A stretch of 62,129 nt of DNA, filler included, from Sphacelaria rigidula (lineage: Eukaryota), in the NCBI GenBank assembly GCA_964200075.2. It is 9 parts of 9 records of this genome, joined end to end, with 100 filler letters (N's around TTAATTAATTAA, not from the genome) between each part and the next. Parts side by side here need not be neighbours in the genome. Positions count along the whole stretch, not along the records: positions 6,916 to 13,730 come from CAXNAA020017941.1; positions 13,831 to 20,645 come from CAXNAA020017942.1; positions 20,746 to 27,559 come from CAXNAA020017943.1; 6 more parts are not named here. The stretch is one strand, 5' to 3'. The notes under the pieces were generated by a model. That model did not search any database, had not been told where the DNA came from, and worked only from the letters and a program-made list of their open reading frames with translations. Shown piece after piece: positions 12,714 through 25,872 of this stretch (position 1 is the stretch's first letter; every line of letters starts with the position of its first letter). The translations under genes were made by a program, and so were the position numbers.

Positions 12714-13010
12714 AAATTTTCCTGCCTCCTTTGCCGGGAGTAGGGAGCTCTTTTTTTTTTCTGTGGATGTCGCCGTCGGAAATGCGCTGTGTACAACATA
12801 GTCATGAGTCCGCTGTCAAGCCTCTGGCTGCGAAGCAAGCAGTCATCTTGAGAATATCCCTGTCCCTATGCACATTTTTCGGAACACGCTGTGTTCAACA
12901 CAGAAATCTGTCCGCTGTCAAACCTTTCGGCTGCGAAGCAAGCCGTCATCTTGAGCGTGTTCATGTGCCCGTGCAATTTTCCCACGACTAGATTCCGATG
13001 TGCACACAGC

Positions 13011-13110
13011 TCCTGTGTGACCCCGGCTGGTGCGCCCACATGTACCGAAAGGTGTAGACCGGCGTCCAGAATTAGACGGGATGATAGCACACACAACAAC
13101 AACACACACA
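13011..13110 (+). mobile_element. SINE family A 3' tail fragment
   Basis: TCCTGTGTGACCCCGGCTGGTGCGCCCACAT...GGGATGA...(AC)n, matching 18030..18119, 34304..34410 and 39871..39965. Confidence 0.7.
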
Positions 13111-13730
13111 GCGCGCCGGTCTCCCCGATGTTGAACATGGTTCAACTATTTTGGAACCCGTTGAAGATTTTTTGTTTGTGTGAATCGACATCATTTTCAC
13201 TCATTTTCAAGTCAAAATGATGCCGACTCAAACGAACAAAATCACCAATGAATTCCCAAAAGGTCAAGTGGAGCTGCGCATGATCGTCTACATTGAGCGT
13301 AGTAGTCGTAGTGTGTCACAAAGCTGAGACGAGGCAAAATGAATCGAGTCACTAATGCAGTGTGTCTCTTAATCGTTGGACCACGAGGGTAGTCCATCTG
13401 GATGATGCATACTTTTTTTCAAGTGAAATTGATGCCGACTCAACAGATGACCTCCTCTCGACAATGTTTTCGTGAGATTGAGAATCCTGAGTTGATTGAG
13501 AGTGAGTTGTATCGTTCGCTTTATTACGGGGAAACGTATTCATTAATAGTAGGATAATTACAAAAACAGTATACAGGATTGGAGGGACGCCAACAGGAAA
13601 TATTCACGACGTTGACCTTAATTTCTTAAGTGTTTTTTTTTTTTTTTTTTTTTGTTGGTCCCTTTCCCCTTGAACCTTTGGGTTTTTTCCGGGTGTTGGT
13701 TTTTTGAATTTGCCCATTAAAGCTTGGTTT

Positions 13731-13830
13731 NNNNNNNNNNNNNNNNNNNNNNNNNNNNNNNNNNNNNNNNNNNNTTAATTAATTAANNNNNNNNNNNNNN
13801 NNNNNNNNNNNNNNNNNNNNNNNNNNNNNN
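13731..13830. other. Artificial contig spacer
   Basis: 44N-TTAATTAATTAA-44N. Confidence 0.98.
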
Positions 13831-15614
13831 GTGATGTGTTCGGCGAGTCGCATGAAGGGTGAGCTGCATCCTGCTAAGATTGTTTGGCTAGAAGCCTACT
13901 GGTTATCTTGCATTCGGATGACAGCCTCCAATGAGTTGCTCTGTTATCTGGTATCGCCACTTCTAGATACAGCCACGGCTTTCACACTGCCTCATGGGTG
14001 CTTCACGGGGGGGGGGGGGGTACGAAGGGCATTCAACACAGAGTGTACACCTTGGGCATTGCTAAGTAGAGTACATGATACGTCCACAGGTAACTAGCCG
14101 TAACATGAATAATTTACGAGTTTCATTGCGGTATGCCCAGGTGTCAAGTTTCTGGCCTGACAGCAAAAAATCTATCGTCAATGAAATGGGGCAAACGACG
14201 GCACATGCGCATGCAACGGTTTTGAGCACCAAGCCAAGCTTCGTTAGGACGCATCACCCGGGACAAGGCGACGACAAGCTACACGATGCGAGCCAAGTTT
14301 TTTCGAGCTTGAGCCTCATTCGATATGCGATGCGACGGCTATGCTTGATGCTCACCATTCTTAGAAAGCGATGTCAACAAAAAAAAACACTACACAAGGG
14401 AAGGAAAAAACACATCCATTGCCATGCCGAAGAACCGCAGGTACTACCTTTCAACATTTGGGTGAGCTGCATCCTGCTAAGATTGTTTGGCCCGAAGTGT
14501 TTTGATTATCTTGCCCATGGATAACAGCCTCCAATGAGTTGCTTCATTTCCTGGCATCGCCAATTGCAGAGACAACGACGTGTTTCACACTGCCTCACGG
14601 GTGCCTCACCATTGAAACACTACGTAGTATGATCATCCCCTTTGCGCGAAATTGCGGTTCTCCCACTCCGCACAATATGATCTAGCTCGACCACCACTAT
14701 GATTACCGCAGAAAGAAGCAAGCGCGCAAAAAAAAAACGGCAATCTGGTTGCCTAACTTACGCAGTGAGTGACGTGTTTTATAGCGTCATTATCAACCAA
14801 CGCCAACCCCATAGGGGTCCGTCCCTACAAAGCCAGGGAGGAGCACACCGGGTTTTCGCAGGCTGGGAGTTTTTGTCACGTAAAGTTTCAACACATCACG
14901 ATTGTTCTCAAGTTTTCCATGCCGCTGCGATGTTGCCTAAATGTCCACAGCCTACAGCTCCCCACACATAGATACGATTAGAGCCGGTTCTCCTACGTAA
15001 CATACTGATTGACCTACTGAAGCAGTTTCACCCGAAAAATCCAATCAGCACACACCCGATGTGATACCGCGACTCTTGTCACTCCCAGGAGCGGTATGAC
15101 CGCCACGGTGTACCCCAGACTCCAATTCGTGGAATGCTGCTTCAGGAGGCTCGTCCGTATGTTATGGTGGAGTGCTGACTCAAGCCGTGGTCATGTGATA
15201 GGCGTTGTGAGCCTTGACTATGTAGGCTGTGGCACAGCGGTATGGAAACACAAAAAAAAGCAGCCATATCGGCCAATTCGATTCTTGAAAGCAAGAAAAA
15301 TCAATTCGAGAAATAAAACATATATCTACGTCCCACTCAGAAGCGGCCTCAATTCATGTACGACAGCTTCTACATTAAAGGTCCCCCAAAATCGTGCCAC
15401 TCCATTCGACTTCTTAATAGGGCAGTCATGTTCCAAAGCAATGCATAACCACCTGCAATTGGGAGACGGCCAACTCTTTCCTTCCTCGAGGGAAGACCAT
15501 CTTCACCACGCACTGTCCCAACATCGGCTGCCACATCAACCGTCGCCCCTGATATTTATTCTGGTAATAGGACCTAGACGACGCGCAAACGAGACAGCAG
15601 GATGGTTGAGTGAT

Positions 15615-15829
15615 ATCCTACGATAGGGGGGTGGGGGGGGGGGTGTTTGATGGCACGAAAAAAGGCTCTTGGGTGTATCAGACGACTCAACACACTTGCG
15701 GTGTGAAGCAGCATGAGTGAGTGTCAGTGTTATTTTCGGTAACAACCGCGTTCGAACAAGTGTTGCTTATTGCTGCTTTCGTGAAAGTAATGGCCCCGAC
15801 TGCTTCCCCCCCTCCCTATATCGTAGGAT
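15615..15829. mobile_element. Small MITE-like element (related copy at ~42073..42290)
   Basis: ATCCTACGATAG...CTATATCGTAGGAT inverted ends; internal TCAGACGAC...TTCGAACAAG shared with the 42 kb copy. Confidence 0.55.
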
Positions 15830-16696
15830 GACTCCGTTCCACATATAAAGGCACGCGGAGGGTGGGTGCGATACCCCGGAGCTTCACATAAAGCAACGAA
15901 CATGGCGTCCCGCGATGATTGAGGGGGGAAACTGTCGTAAATTGCTCATACCCGCACCTAGCGGGAACGAGTGAACTTCTCCTTTATACCTGCTCCCCCG
16001 CCCCCGGCGAATCACACTGGAAACATTCTCCCCCCGCTCGAGTCCCCCGCTACTGTTGCACAACTCGAAGAAAACAACTAGCAACTGAACAGGGTATTCA
16101 GTCTTACACAGCGTCTGACCGTGACGCCTTCAAGGATCTTCACATAATAGCGACATTGGAACATGACTAAAACGTCGCCACAGAGTCCGTAGTTGCATGC
16201 ACTAGGACCTTCCCCCATTCGTCGTCACGCGTTGTTGCGCATAGTTGTTGTTGTTGGGTTTTTTGGGGGGGGGGTGCGTGTCTTCCAAGACTCCAAGCGC
16301 ACGAGGAGGAATCGCCTAGCATCCAAGTACAGAAATGGACACGTTCATAGCGAAAGGGTTAACGGCTTCAGGTGTAGGGGTTCGAGGCTTTTACGGCTAG
16401 AGGCCGTAACAGGCCACGAGAAACGTCATGTATAACACCATCTACAACGTTAAAGAGAAGACCATGAAAAGTACAATACAAAGCACACACCTGAAACACT
16501 CGACGTGCTCTTCCATTTCCTCCGGCATACCGACCTCCATCGCGGGGTACGCCGGCCAGTATCCCGTCGTCAAAACCTGATAAAAGCAGAAAGGAACAAA
16601 GGTTCGGAGTTAACAACGCATTGCAATATGATATATTTATATATTTATATATTTATATATTTATATATATATATATATATATCCATGTCCGCTGCG

Positions 16697-16775
16697 CTCT
16701 GATAGTCCAAGCGGTACACCAACAACCGATTAGGCAAAAGGTTGTGCGGTCGAATCCGACAGATTTCTTCGTCCG
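16697..16775 (+). mobile_element. tRNA-like Pol III head, probably a second SINE family
   Basis: TAGTCCAAGCGG (A-box-like) and GGTCGAATCC (B-box-like) at tRNA-like spacing; no convincing cloverleaf. Confidence 0.45.
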
Positions 16776-17844
16776 GCATGATCTGATTTACGTAGCTCAG
16801 AGCCGTGAGGACGAGAGTACCGAAAAGCGGTCAACGAGAGCCGTCGACCTGTGGGAGTGATCATCTTGTAACCCTTGAAAGCAAAATGACAAGCAGGTAC
16901 CGGAGAAAAGATGGGTTAAGGAGCCTATCGACTCATCGCGATGATAAGGGAGGGGGGCGGGGGGTAGTATGGCGAAATAAACGGGGAAAAGAGCCAAACG
17001 GAGGAAGGTACACTTCCTCGCAGCCAATTGTGCACCCTCGCCCACAACTTACGCATTTTTATGGCTCATTCCTGCTTTGTGCCGGCATTGGTTAGACGCT
17101 ATTTTATGTGTACTGTTTAGTGAAAGTGGCTCTAAAAATGCGTCGGAAACGTTGACCGACTGTCCTCAATTGATATCTACTGTATATACAACCGTTTTGC
17201 GATAAATTTACTGAGAATCGTCAGTTAGTAAGGACACATCACTGTATACTACGGATACATCGATGCCAGAAAAACAAACAAATAATTCATCACGACTGAT
17301 GAAACGGAATACTGGATCAATCTACCCACCTAACATAAACTTCATTGTTCTAGTTGTGCGCAATGCATCTAGATTAGGTCCCGTATCAACATCAGAAGAA
17401 GTAAACATGGTATTGGGAGAACAAGAAAGATTGTGACGATCAGCCCACACGTGGCAACCATGCAACGTTCCCTTTCGCATTCTCATGCTCACCACCATTC
17501 TCATCGAAATCAGTCATTTTAGAACCATTCTTCGTGAAAACGGAGGAACAACCCGATGAAATTGCGGAAGGGACCGTAATAATGGTCGCCACGCGTGAGC
17601 TGCTCGTCATTTTCACTCCCAGTCTCACTTTTTCGTTTCCCCGAGACGGGGCCTCACTGATTCACCATTTCGGGACACAGCACTTTGCCGCTGACAAACT
17701 GTTGTTGACGTACATGCACGGGTGCTTGATGTTTTCGAAATGCGATATTCCTTAATTGCGGCGCCTTCATACATACAGCAGCCGTGACCCGGGTCAAATT
17801 CAAATTTTACTTTGACCAGCACATCCCTTTTTCCAGGTCCATTC

Positions 17845-18119
17845 CGGGATTTTTCCTCATTATGTCCGATAGTGGAGAGCGACTATGTCGAGGGTACACA
17901 AAATTCGACTCGTTGGTTGACAAGTGAAAGGGAAAGCTGAACCCTTTCCGCGATAAAAAATAAGGATTATAACCGCAGAAGGAAGGTGGAGAAGAAAAAA
18001 AACATAATAAAAAGAACTCTTGCGTTGACCTTCCTCTTGTGTGACCCCGGCTGATGCGCTCACGTATACCGAAAGATGTAGACTGGCGTCAAGAATAGAT
18101 GGGATGACAACACACACAC
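17845..18119 (+). mobile_element. SINE family A, body and tail (diverged)
   Basis: GAGCGACTATGTCGAGGGTACACAAAATTCGACT...GTGTGACCCCGGCTG...GGGATGACAACACACAC. Confidence 0.75.
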
Positions 18120-18659
18120 GAATATTTTGTTTGCTTGGGGCACGCCGTCGACGGCTCCTGCATCTCTGCACGGACGATGTCATATCATAGTCGACACAAC
18201 CAACAGCACACCCTGGACTATAGACAGCTTCTTTAGCAATAAAGAAGGAATCTACCGCAATAGACGCCGTCTATTTTCGTAGGTAATGGCTATCGATCGA
18301 CATGTTTCTCTGTCTGCTGTCGTCGGCAATGTCTATCGAAAGATCCCCTTCCTACACCATTGCCCGGGCAGCCGTCAGGTGTGGCCCTACACCGAAAGCT
18401 ATTGCCGCCGACCGAATATATTGATAAACAGTTTCCCAAATCTTTTGACGACGGGAACGGCTGTAGGAAAAAGTGGGCATCAAATCTACTGACGGCAGCA
18501 ATGGCTGTTGCCAGATTGCATACAAAATATGTTGATGGCAATGGCTATCGATCTTTACATACCAGATTACCCTGTGATATACAACGCCCATCGACAGATA
18601 TCCTCTGTTATCTACTGCCACACCTACAATGCAATATACTCATATAGAGCATATACCTA

Positions 18660-19625
18660 TTGAGGTAATTGAAGCTTTGTTGTATGGATGTGCCATATGG
18701 AAGTTACGTTAGGAGGACTTGATAGTCCACGGACTGCCCATCACAAGCTCTTGCTGCGAGTGATTGGATTCCGCAGGAAAGATCGAAATGGCTACAAGAC
18801 TCTTCCGTACAGAGCGGTGATCGAGATGACCAACTGCGAACGTATCGAGGTGATCTGCAAACGTCAATTCTGGTTCGCGGGAGCCCTTGTCCGGCAGAAG
18901 GAAATGCCTTCCTAAACGCATCATGAAAGCTCGGCTAACTGCACAAGGGCCCAAGGAGGCCAGCCGCCCCCCCAAGCAATGGGAGGAAGACCTGCAAGAG
19001 AACCTACGTGCACTAGGGGCTGTCCCGCACAAGGGAGCCCGACGGAAGTGGTTCGTGTACATTGTAGAGATTAACGATGCATGCCATTGGGTCACTGCGG
19101 CGAAGAACATGGGCAAATAGCATATTGGAGTCGAAAAAAGAGCGCAAGAATTTGAGGACACGTGGCGACGCGCCGACAGACGAGAATCGGACCGCCGTCA
19201 CAAGCGAGAGGCTGCTGCGTCGAGGGCCGGCAATCGAATAACCCTATCTGCTGATATCGGTTATCGATTGTGTCCATAGTCGGTGGCTCTGCGGTGCCCA
19301 TTGGTGTGTGTCTGTATCTACTCCGCTGCCCTGAATTTCCTGGGCATTTTCTCTTGTTTTCTGTTTCTACTACTCTCTGTAATTTTCTTTTTAATGTTAT
19401 ATTTCAGACCGATAATTCAATTTGTTTCTGTGCTTTTCTTTCCTTCACGTTTTTTTTCACTTTTTTTTATGGCGTCCAAGTCTACTACGTCGTTCTGTTC
19501 GACTTCTTCTCTTCCTTCTTCTTCGGCGAGTGTTTCAGTCTCGTTTTGTCTTGGGTATGTCTATCATCTTGCTGGATCCCTGGGGGGTCAGTCTAAGTGC
19601 GACGATCATCATCAATCATCAACAT
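18660..19625 (+). mobile_element. RTE-type LINE, 5'-truncated 3' fragment with short-repeat tail
   Basis: RTAHHKLLLRVIGFRRKDRNGYKTL...KRQFWFAGALVR...PKRIM...RPPKQWEEDLQENL, then 3' UTR ending GGGGGTCAGTCTAAGTGCGAC(ATC)n; same family as 23547..25445. Confidence 0.85.
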
Positions 19626-19986
19626 CACCCTATTGATACGATAGATGCCGCAGTTCAACATGCGGTGGGTATATGATGGTACTACTGTCCTTATTTTGGC
19701 TGGTGATCGTGGCTCTCGAATTGGCTCCCCCCCTGTTTGGCCTCACGTGCTGAGTGGACCAATGGGCCCCGCCTCCAGCAGCCCGAATGGTTGCATACAA
19801 CATCAGAAATTAGAAGGCTAGCAATCGTCCTTTCTCCTTCCTCTTCTTTTTGAGTCTTTTCATTTCATTGGTTTTTTATCTTTTTGTATCGCGTCTGTGT
19901 GAATTGCTTCTCGGTCCGATTATATTTCATGATTTTCTTTCACCCTAGCTTGGGGTAGTTAGCCTGTGACGGTTCTTAATGTGAAG

Positions 19987-19987
<1 letters not shown>

Positions 19988-20041
<54 letters not shown>

Positions 20042-20042
20042 C
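19988..20042 (+). repeat. (CAA)n microsatellite
   Basis: About 18 perfect units. Confidence 0.95.
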
Positions 20043-20645
20043 CCGTGACTCTGGGTATTGCAGCGACGGTACGAGTTGAGCTTAACCACCGCCTGCCTCT
20101 CTCATCACCTTCTCTTGTCCATGGTGGAGATTTAAAAGCGTGTCCATTCTGCGGTTCTCCATCCGCTGCACTAACCGAGGATACCATGGTGCTGAGGTCA
20201 TCATCGTCGCGCTTATGCCACTGCTACCGCCCAGCCAAACGCCCGTCCTCTCTAATGAACTAATGGGTGATCCAGCCCATTCTCCCCTTGAGCTTCCGGT
20301 CTTGTCTACTAGCTTCAAGGAATTTTCACTCCTAAAAGGACGCGAGAAAAAATGTAGTGAACAAGAAATTGAGAGCATGGAAAACCGTTCCGTCGACGAT
20401 TTCGGAGTCCAGGCGTGACAAAGCAGGACACAACCGGCATGGCCAGTATCTACGCATGGCCGGCGATTCTTTTTGACTATGGCATTTGGGACAATCTTGT
20501 TGTACTGCACGTGCACAAAACCCCCGCCAAGAACGATAATCAGTTGGAGAAATCACGAAATGCAAGACATAACTGTAGCTTAGTGACATTATCATGCACT
20601 AGAGACGTTCGACGACAGAAAAAAAGTGCGTGCGCTGGGGGGGAG

Positions 20646-20745
20646 NNNNNNNNNNNNNNNNNNNNNNNNNNNNNNNNNNNNNNNNNNNNTTAATTAATTA
20701 ANNNNNNNNNNNNNNNNNNNNNNNNNNNNNNNNNNNNNNNNNNNN
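20646..20745. other. Artificial contig spacer
   Basis: 44N-TTAATTAATTAA-44N. Confidence 0.98.
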
Positions 20746-20820
20746 CGTCTAGAATCGTTAGGAGCCCCTGAACCAGACAAAATTTCGCGAAAAAAGTGCA
20801 CCCCTACCGTAGCATTGCTC

Positions 20821-21751
20821 ACCTGTGCTAGGTCATCGCTCTCTACACTGTACCTGATGCGGCACATCGCGCGCAAGGGAGTCTACGCGCCAACTTCAAC
20901 CATGGCGCCCACACATTCAGCTCTTTACTCGCTCATTTGCCAAGCCCGCACTTTGCCGAGGGCATGCTATGTACCACCCTTGTCTAAGGCTTCTTGGTTT
21001 GCGTTGAAGTGCGGCCTTTGCAGACCCCAAATCGGCTCCTGTGGCGCAGATTTAGACGAAAACGCGTTCTGCTAACACGAGGAGCAGACGGCACTGTCAG
21101 TCGCACTAAAGATCCGATCCTCGTTGTGCGCACTATGGTCGAGTAATATCAACCATGGATATTTATAGCCCAACGCCGGTTATGTCTACTGGTACAACTC
21201 ACGATAAGTCCTCAGTTCGAACGAGCTGAAGTAAAATCAGCTTCTTAGGCGGCCCAGCTGCTACTGCATTATGGTAGCAGCGAAGGAGGAAAGAAGACGG
21301 GTATCGTGATGTTCGGGTTAATTGAGCAGTTTGACGTACTCCCAAGGACGATTCACGCGGGCTCGGTTGGGTGTGCGGGCGTACAGTAATGTACCCGTTG
21401 CTTGAACCAACCATTGATGATGCAAGAACCGCCCGTTGGTGATGGAAAAGCCTCGCTTGACCCTGACACCAGCCCCGAGATCGCAACGGACCGTTGGTGT
21501 TTCACAACCCGCCGCATCACAAAAGACCGACGCGTTGTGAGTTGTGAGTCCAGCTATTGTGTCGATGCGGAGAGACTCGAGAAACAATTTCCGGGGAGGA
21601 AGGGGCGTGGTCGTTGTGACGTCCGTGAAGGGCCAATGAGAGGGAAAAGAGCCGAATGTGTGGGAGCCATGGTTGAAGTTGGCGCGTAGACTCCCTTGCG
21701 CGCGATGTGCCGCATCAGGTAAAGTGTAGAGAGCGATGGCCTAGCATAGGT
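20821..21751. mobile_element. Non-autonomous DNA transposon with ~120-bp terminal inverted repeats
   Basis: 20821..~20941 is the reverse complement of ~21632..21751 (ACCTGTGCTAGGTCATCGCTCTCTACACT...AACTTCAACCATGGC); no clear TSD. Confidence 0.8.
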
Positions 21752-22084
21752 ACGCTCTCGGCCGATCGGTGGCCCAGATAAGGTACGGTTGAAAACGAAT
21801 GCCTAGATCAGGTGTACCTCGGCGAAATGTGGCCTACAGAAGGTACGCGGTTTCTGGAGGCAAAATGTCCGTTTCCGCTTGGCCATATTTCACGAGTAAC
21901 ATGTTTATTTTTCGTTTTCTTTCGAAGCTCGGGTGCCAAAATGATGTGCGTGAAAACTCCGGAGCGAAAACGGCCAAAATGGTGTGTTTTGCTGTTTTCG
22001 CATATCTGGCCATTTTCTTACCTTCCTTAGGCAAAATACGATATTATGGTATATAACTTTTCTAGGTCATTGCCTTTTTTTTCT

Positions 22085-23545
22085 GCACGAAAACTTGCTC
22101 TTTCGCTCTTATCTGCCAGGCCACTTGCGAAAACGTAGCAATTTTCGTGATCAATTAGGGATACCTGATAAGATACGCCCGCTTGTCATGGAAGCTTGCC
22201 ATGACTTTACAGCTTCTGATGGTCATCTAGCGTTGAAAGGTACTTTCGATCAAGTGCGTGATGAGTACTGGTGGCCCACAGTACACGCTGATGTTAAAAG
22301 CCACGTCGAATGTTGCCCATCATGTCAAAGGTGCAAGGCCTCCACACGGCCACCGGTGTTACCCGTCGGTCACTGTCCGATCACAAGGACACTTCAATGT
22401 GTCGCGGTTGACCTCGTTGAGTATTAACCCCGCTCCCGAGGCAATCGATTCATCTTGCCAGTGATTGATCACTTAGCACGTTTTGTAGTCCTCATTGATA
22501 TTCCCAACAAAGAGGCTATAACCGTTGTCCGTCATATAGGGGAACGTGTCTTTTCCATCCTCTGCCCCCCTGAAACATTACCTTTCGACCAAGGTCCAGA
22601 ATTTGATAGTCAACTCGTCAGGGAACTTCGAACCGTATTCGGATATACGAAGACTCGGACTACAACATATCGTCCCCAAGGTAACCCCGTTCTTGAACGC
22701 GAGTCCACAGTGTGGTACACATAATGTTGGGAATGTACAGTAATATTGCGTGTTCTAACTGGGCAGATATTATGTTACCGTTTGTCCAACTGGCACATAA
22801 CACATCCTATTAATCTACGCTTCCCGAAACACTGCACTCTTTGGTGTTCGGCCGTCCCGCCGTACTACCCATCGATCTAATCCTTCGTGTACCGTTTATA
22901 TCGGCGTCCTAGTCTCCACTGGGTTACACGCGCGAAACTGTCAATAAATTGTCATCAGCACATGAGTTGGCTCTCAAGAATTTCAGAGAACGGTCGGACA
23001 AACGAGCAAGTGCAAACGACAAATCATCATTTGCAAGTATTATTGTTGAAACTCTCACACGCGTTCATGGACACGGATTACTTGAATCCAATCCAATACG
23101 CCCTTCTCCTCTTGGATTTGACGGAGTAGCCGGCTGACACCGTCATATCTGGGGGGGCAGATGTGAGTACCAGGGTAGTCAACAAATCTTATGTAGTGTC
23201 CACAACCGCGACGAGACCATATCTCCCTCGCCATAGTTCCGAGAATATCTCATGGATATTCCGCTCCGTAGTATGAATGTTCATGTCTCCGGCATAATTC
23301 CGAGAACACTCCCTCTAAAACTCTAGTATGTCCTTCCGAGTCATCGTCAATCCCGTCCCCGGAGTAATAGCTATACTCCTCAACTCGAGGTGGCACTTGT
23401 CACGGTGCCCCCTCGAGGCACTCATCATCACGACCCTGGAGGCCTCCTCCACACAAAAACGAACCGTCGAAGCACGTTCCATGGCCAAGTCCGAGGCTCC
23501 CGCAGACTACTTCTCCCACACCTAGGGGTAGTAGCCTTAGAAGGC
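22085..23545 (+). mobile_element. Ty3/Gypsy remnant: integrase (H2C2 + rve), PPT-like tract and probable start of the 3' LTR
   Basis: ACHD...GHLA...YWWPTVHADVKSHVECCPSCQRCK; VAVDLVEY*; VIDHLARF; DQGPEF; YRPQGNPVLER. GGGGGGGCAGA is followed by TG at 23162. Confidence 0.85.
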
Positions 23546-23546
23546 T

Positions 23547-25445
23547 TTAATTGATTGATTTGATTGATTGATTGTCGCACCTCAACTGACCCCCCAGGGG
23601 TCCAGCCATAGTCTCATGATAGACATACCCAACAAAACCGAAACTGAAACACGCCCTCAAAAAAAGAAGGAACATAACAGAACAAAAAATCGAACTGAAC
23701 GACATAGCAGACAAAGTCGTAACAAATAAAAAAAAGTCGACACAAGCAAAGCACAGAAAGAAATGTCCGACCAAAAACAAAAAAAAGGAAAAATAAATGA
23801 AAATTAAAGAGCAAATGAAATAACATACAATAAGAGGAAAAGGCCCAAGGGATTCAGGGCAGCAGCGTAGATACAAATACACACCAGTGGGCACCGCAGA
23901 GCCACGGACTGAGGAAAAAATCAACAACCGATATGAGCAGACAGGATTCTCCGATTGGCAGCCCTCGACGCAGCAGCCTCTCGCTTGTGACGGCGGTCTG
24001 ATTCTCGCTTGTCCGCGCGTTGCCACGTGTCCTCAAACTCTTCCTCTCTATTTTCGGCTTATTTATGCTACTTGCCCATGTTCTTCGCCGCAGTGACCCA
24101 ATCGTATTCACCGTTAACCTCTACACCGTAGACTAACCACTTTCGTCGGGCTCCTTTGTGCGGGTCAGCCCCTAGCGCACGTAGGTTCTCCTTTAAGGTA
24201 TCCTGACATTTCTTGGGGGGAGCGGTCGGCCTCCTTGGGCCCTCGTGTGGAAAGCCGACCGTTCATGACACGCTTGGAAAGGCGTGTGTCCTTCTCCCGG
24301 ACAAGTGCTCCCGCGAACCAGAGTTGACGTTTGCGGATAGTCGTCTCGATGCGTTCGCAGTTGGTCATCGCGAGCACCGCTCTGTACGAAAGAGTCTTGT
24401 AGCCATTTCGATCGTTTCTGCGGAATTCAACCAGTCGCAGCAAGAGCTTGTGATGGGCAGTGCGCAGACTGTCGAAATCCTCAGAAAGTAGCGTCCATGT
24501 GGCACACCTCTACAACAGAGCTTTTACCACCTCCGCTCTAAGTAGCCGAATTTTCAAGGATAGCTCGGCGTTGTGTCGGTCGTAGAGTTGGGAGCTATAT
24601 TTTTGGATACGCGCCCACGCCGCGCTGATACGGCGGTTGATCTCGACGGGCATTTTCCCATCCGCACTGATAGCTCCACCAAGGTAGATGAACGTCCCTG
24701 TCTGCTTATACGGTTGACCGGCAGCTTCGATATCCAGGGTGGCCTCCGTGGGACTGGGTACTGACTAAAGGCGCAAGGACTCTGTCTTGCTCTCGGAGAC
24801 CATCAGGCCGAATTCCTGGCAGGTCATCACTATCAGGGTCATCATTCGAGCAAGGCCTTCTCAGGTCTTCGAGGCTGTGCCGGCGTCGTCCGCATAGATC
24901 ATTGCCCACACCGCGCGTCGCACCTTTTCCAGTGGTGTCTCTTCCACGGGTTCACCACCGACACCTCGTGGCGCATCATCTAGAAACACGAAGTCTGAGA
25001 CAATGAGTGGGTCCGTCGCAAATCGCTGGACGATCACTTCCACCAAGCCTGCTCCGAAGATGTTGAACAGCAGCGGAGACGAAACGCAACCTTGTCTGAG
25101 TCCCTGGCAGACGTCGATCCACGCTGATAGTTCCCCACCATCTAGCTGTACTCGAGCTCGCATGCCGTCGTGAAACATACGGATGATCGTGATCATTCGT
25201 GACGGTACTCGGTACCGAGCAAGCACTTCCCACAAGAGCGTGCGTTCTACAGAACCGTAGGCTTTCTGCAGATCGATAAAGCACATGTTTGTTGGGATAT
25301 TGCTCGCCCGTCCCAACTCCTGGAGTCGGCGTACTACGAACACCATGTCTATGGTCGATCTTTGGCGCCTAAATCCACACTGCTCTTCCGGGAAGACATC
25401 TGTTTCCTCACAAAAATCACCGAGCCTGTTAGCTACGATTTTGAC
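23547..25445 (-). mobile_element. RTE-type LINE, 5'-truncated, with RT domain and (ATCA)n tail
   Basis: PEEQCGFR, CFIDLQKAY, QGLRQGCVSSPLLFNI, MIYADD; C-terminal IRKRQLWFAGALVR; tail TGCGAC(AATC)n. Confidence 0.92.
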
Positions 25446-25872
25446 AATTCAAAGTTATATATAGTGGCGCGCGGAGAAAAACTACAAAACAATGAAGGTG
25501 AGCTTTTTCGATCGAAAACATGCGGTCGAAAGGCGCGAAGCGGCACTTGACTCCTATCTTACAGACCACCATGCCAGATAACAGTCGTCCACAGAATCAT
25601 GGAAACTCCATCCAACTCATTCTCAGCTACCGCCGCAACCCTGGAGCATCAAGTACGAGTTGAGCACAGGGATAGATACGTTGCAGTCGATGGGTATATT
25701 GGGGGTCTGATCGGCAGACTATGTGGATTTGAACATCACATGCTTCACGCATGTGGTTACGATACAAACTAACAAAGACTATGTGTTTGTGAATAACAAC
25801 TGTCTTGAAGTCTCAAAGCCCTAGTGAGGGAGGAAGTCCTTGGAGCAGTCTTGTGACTTTGTTCTGAGTTCA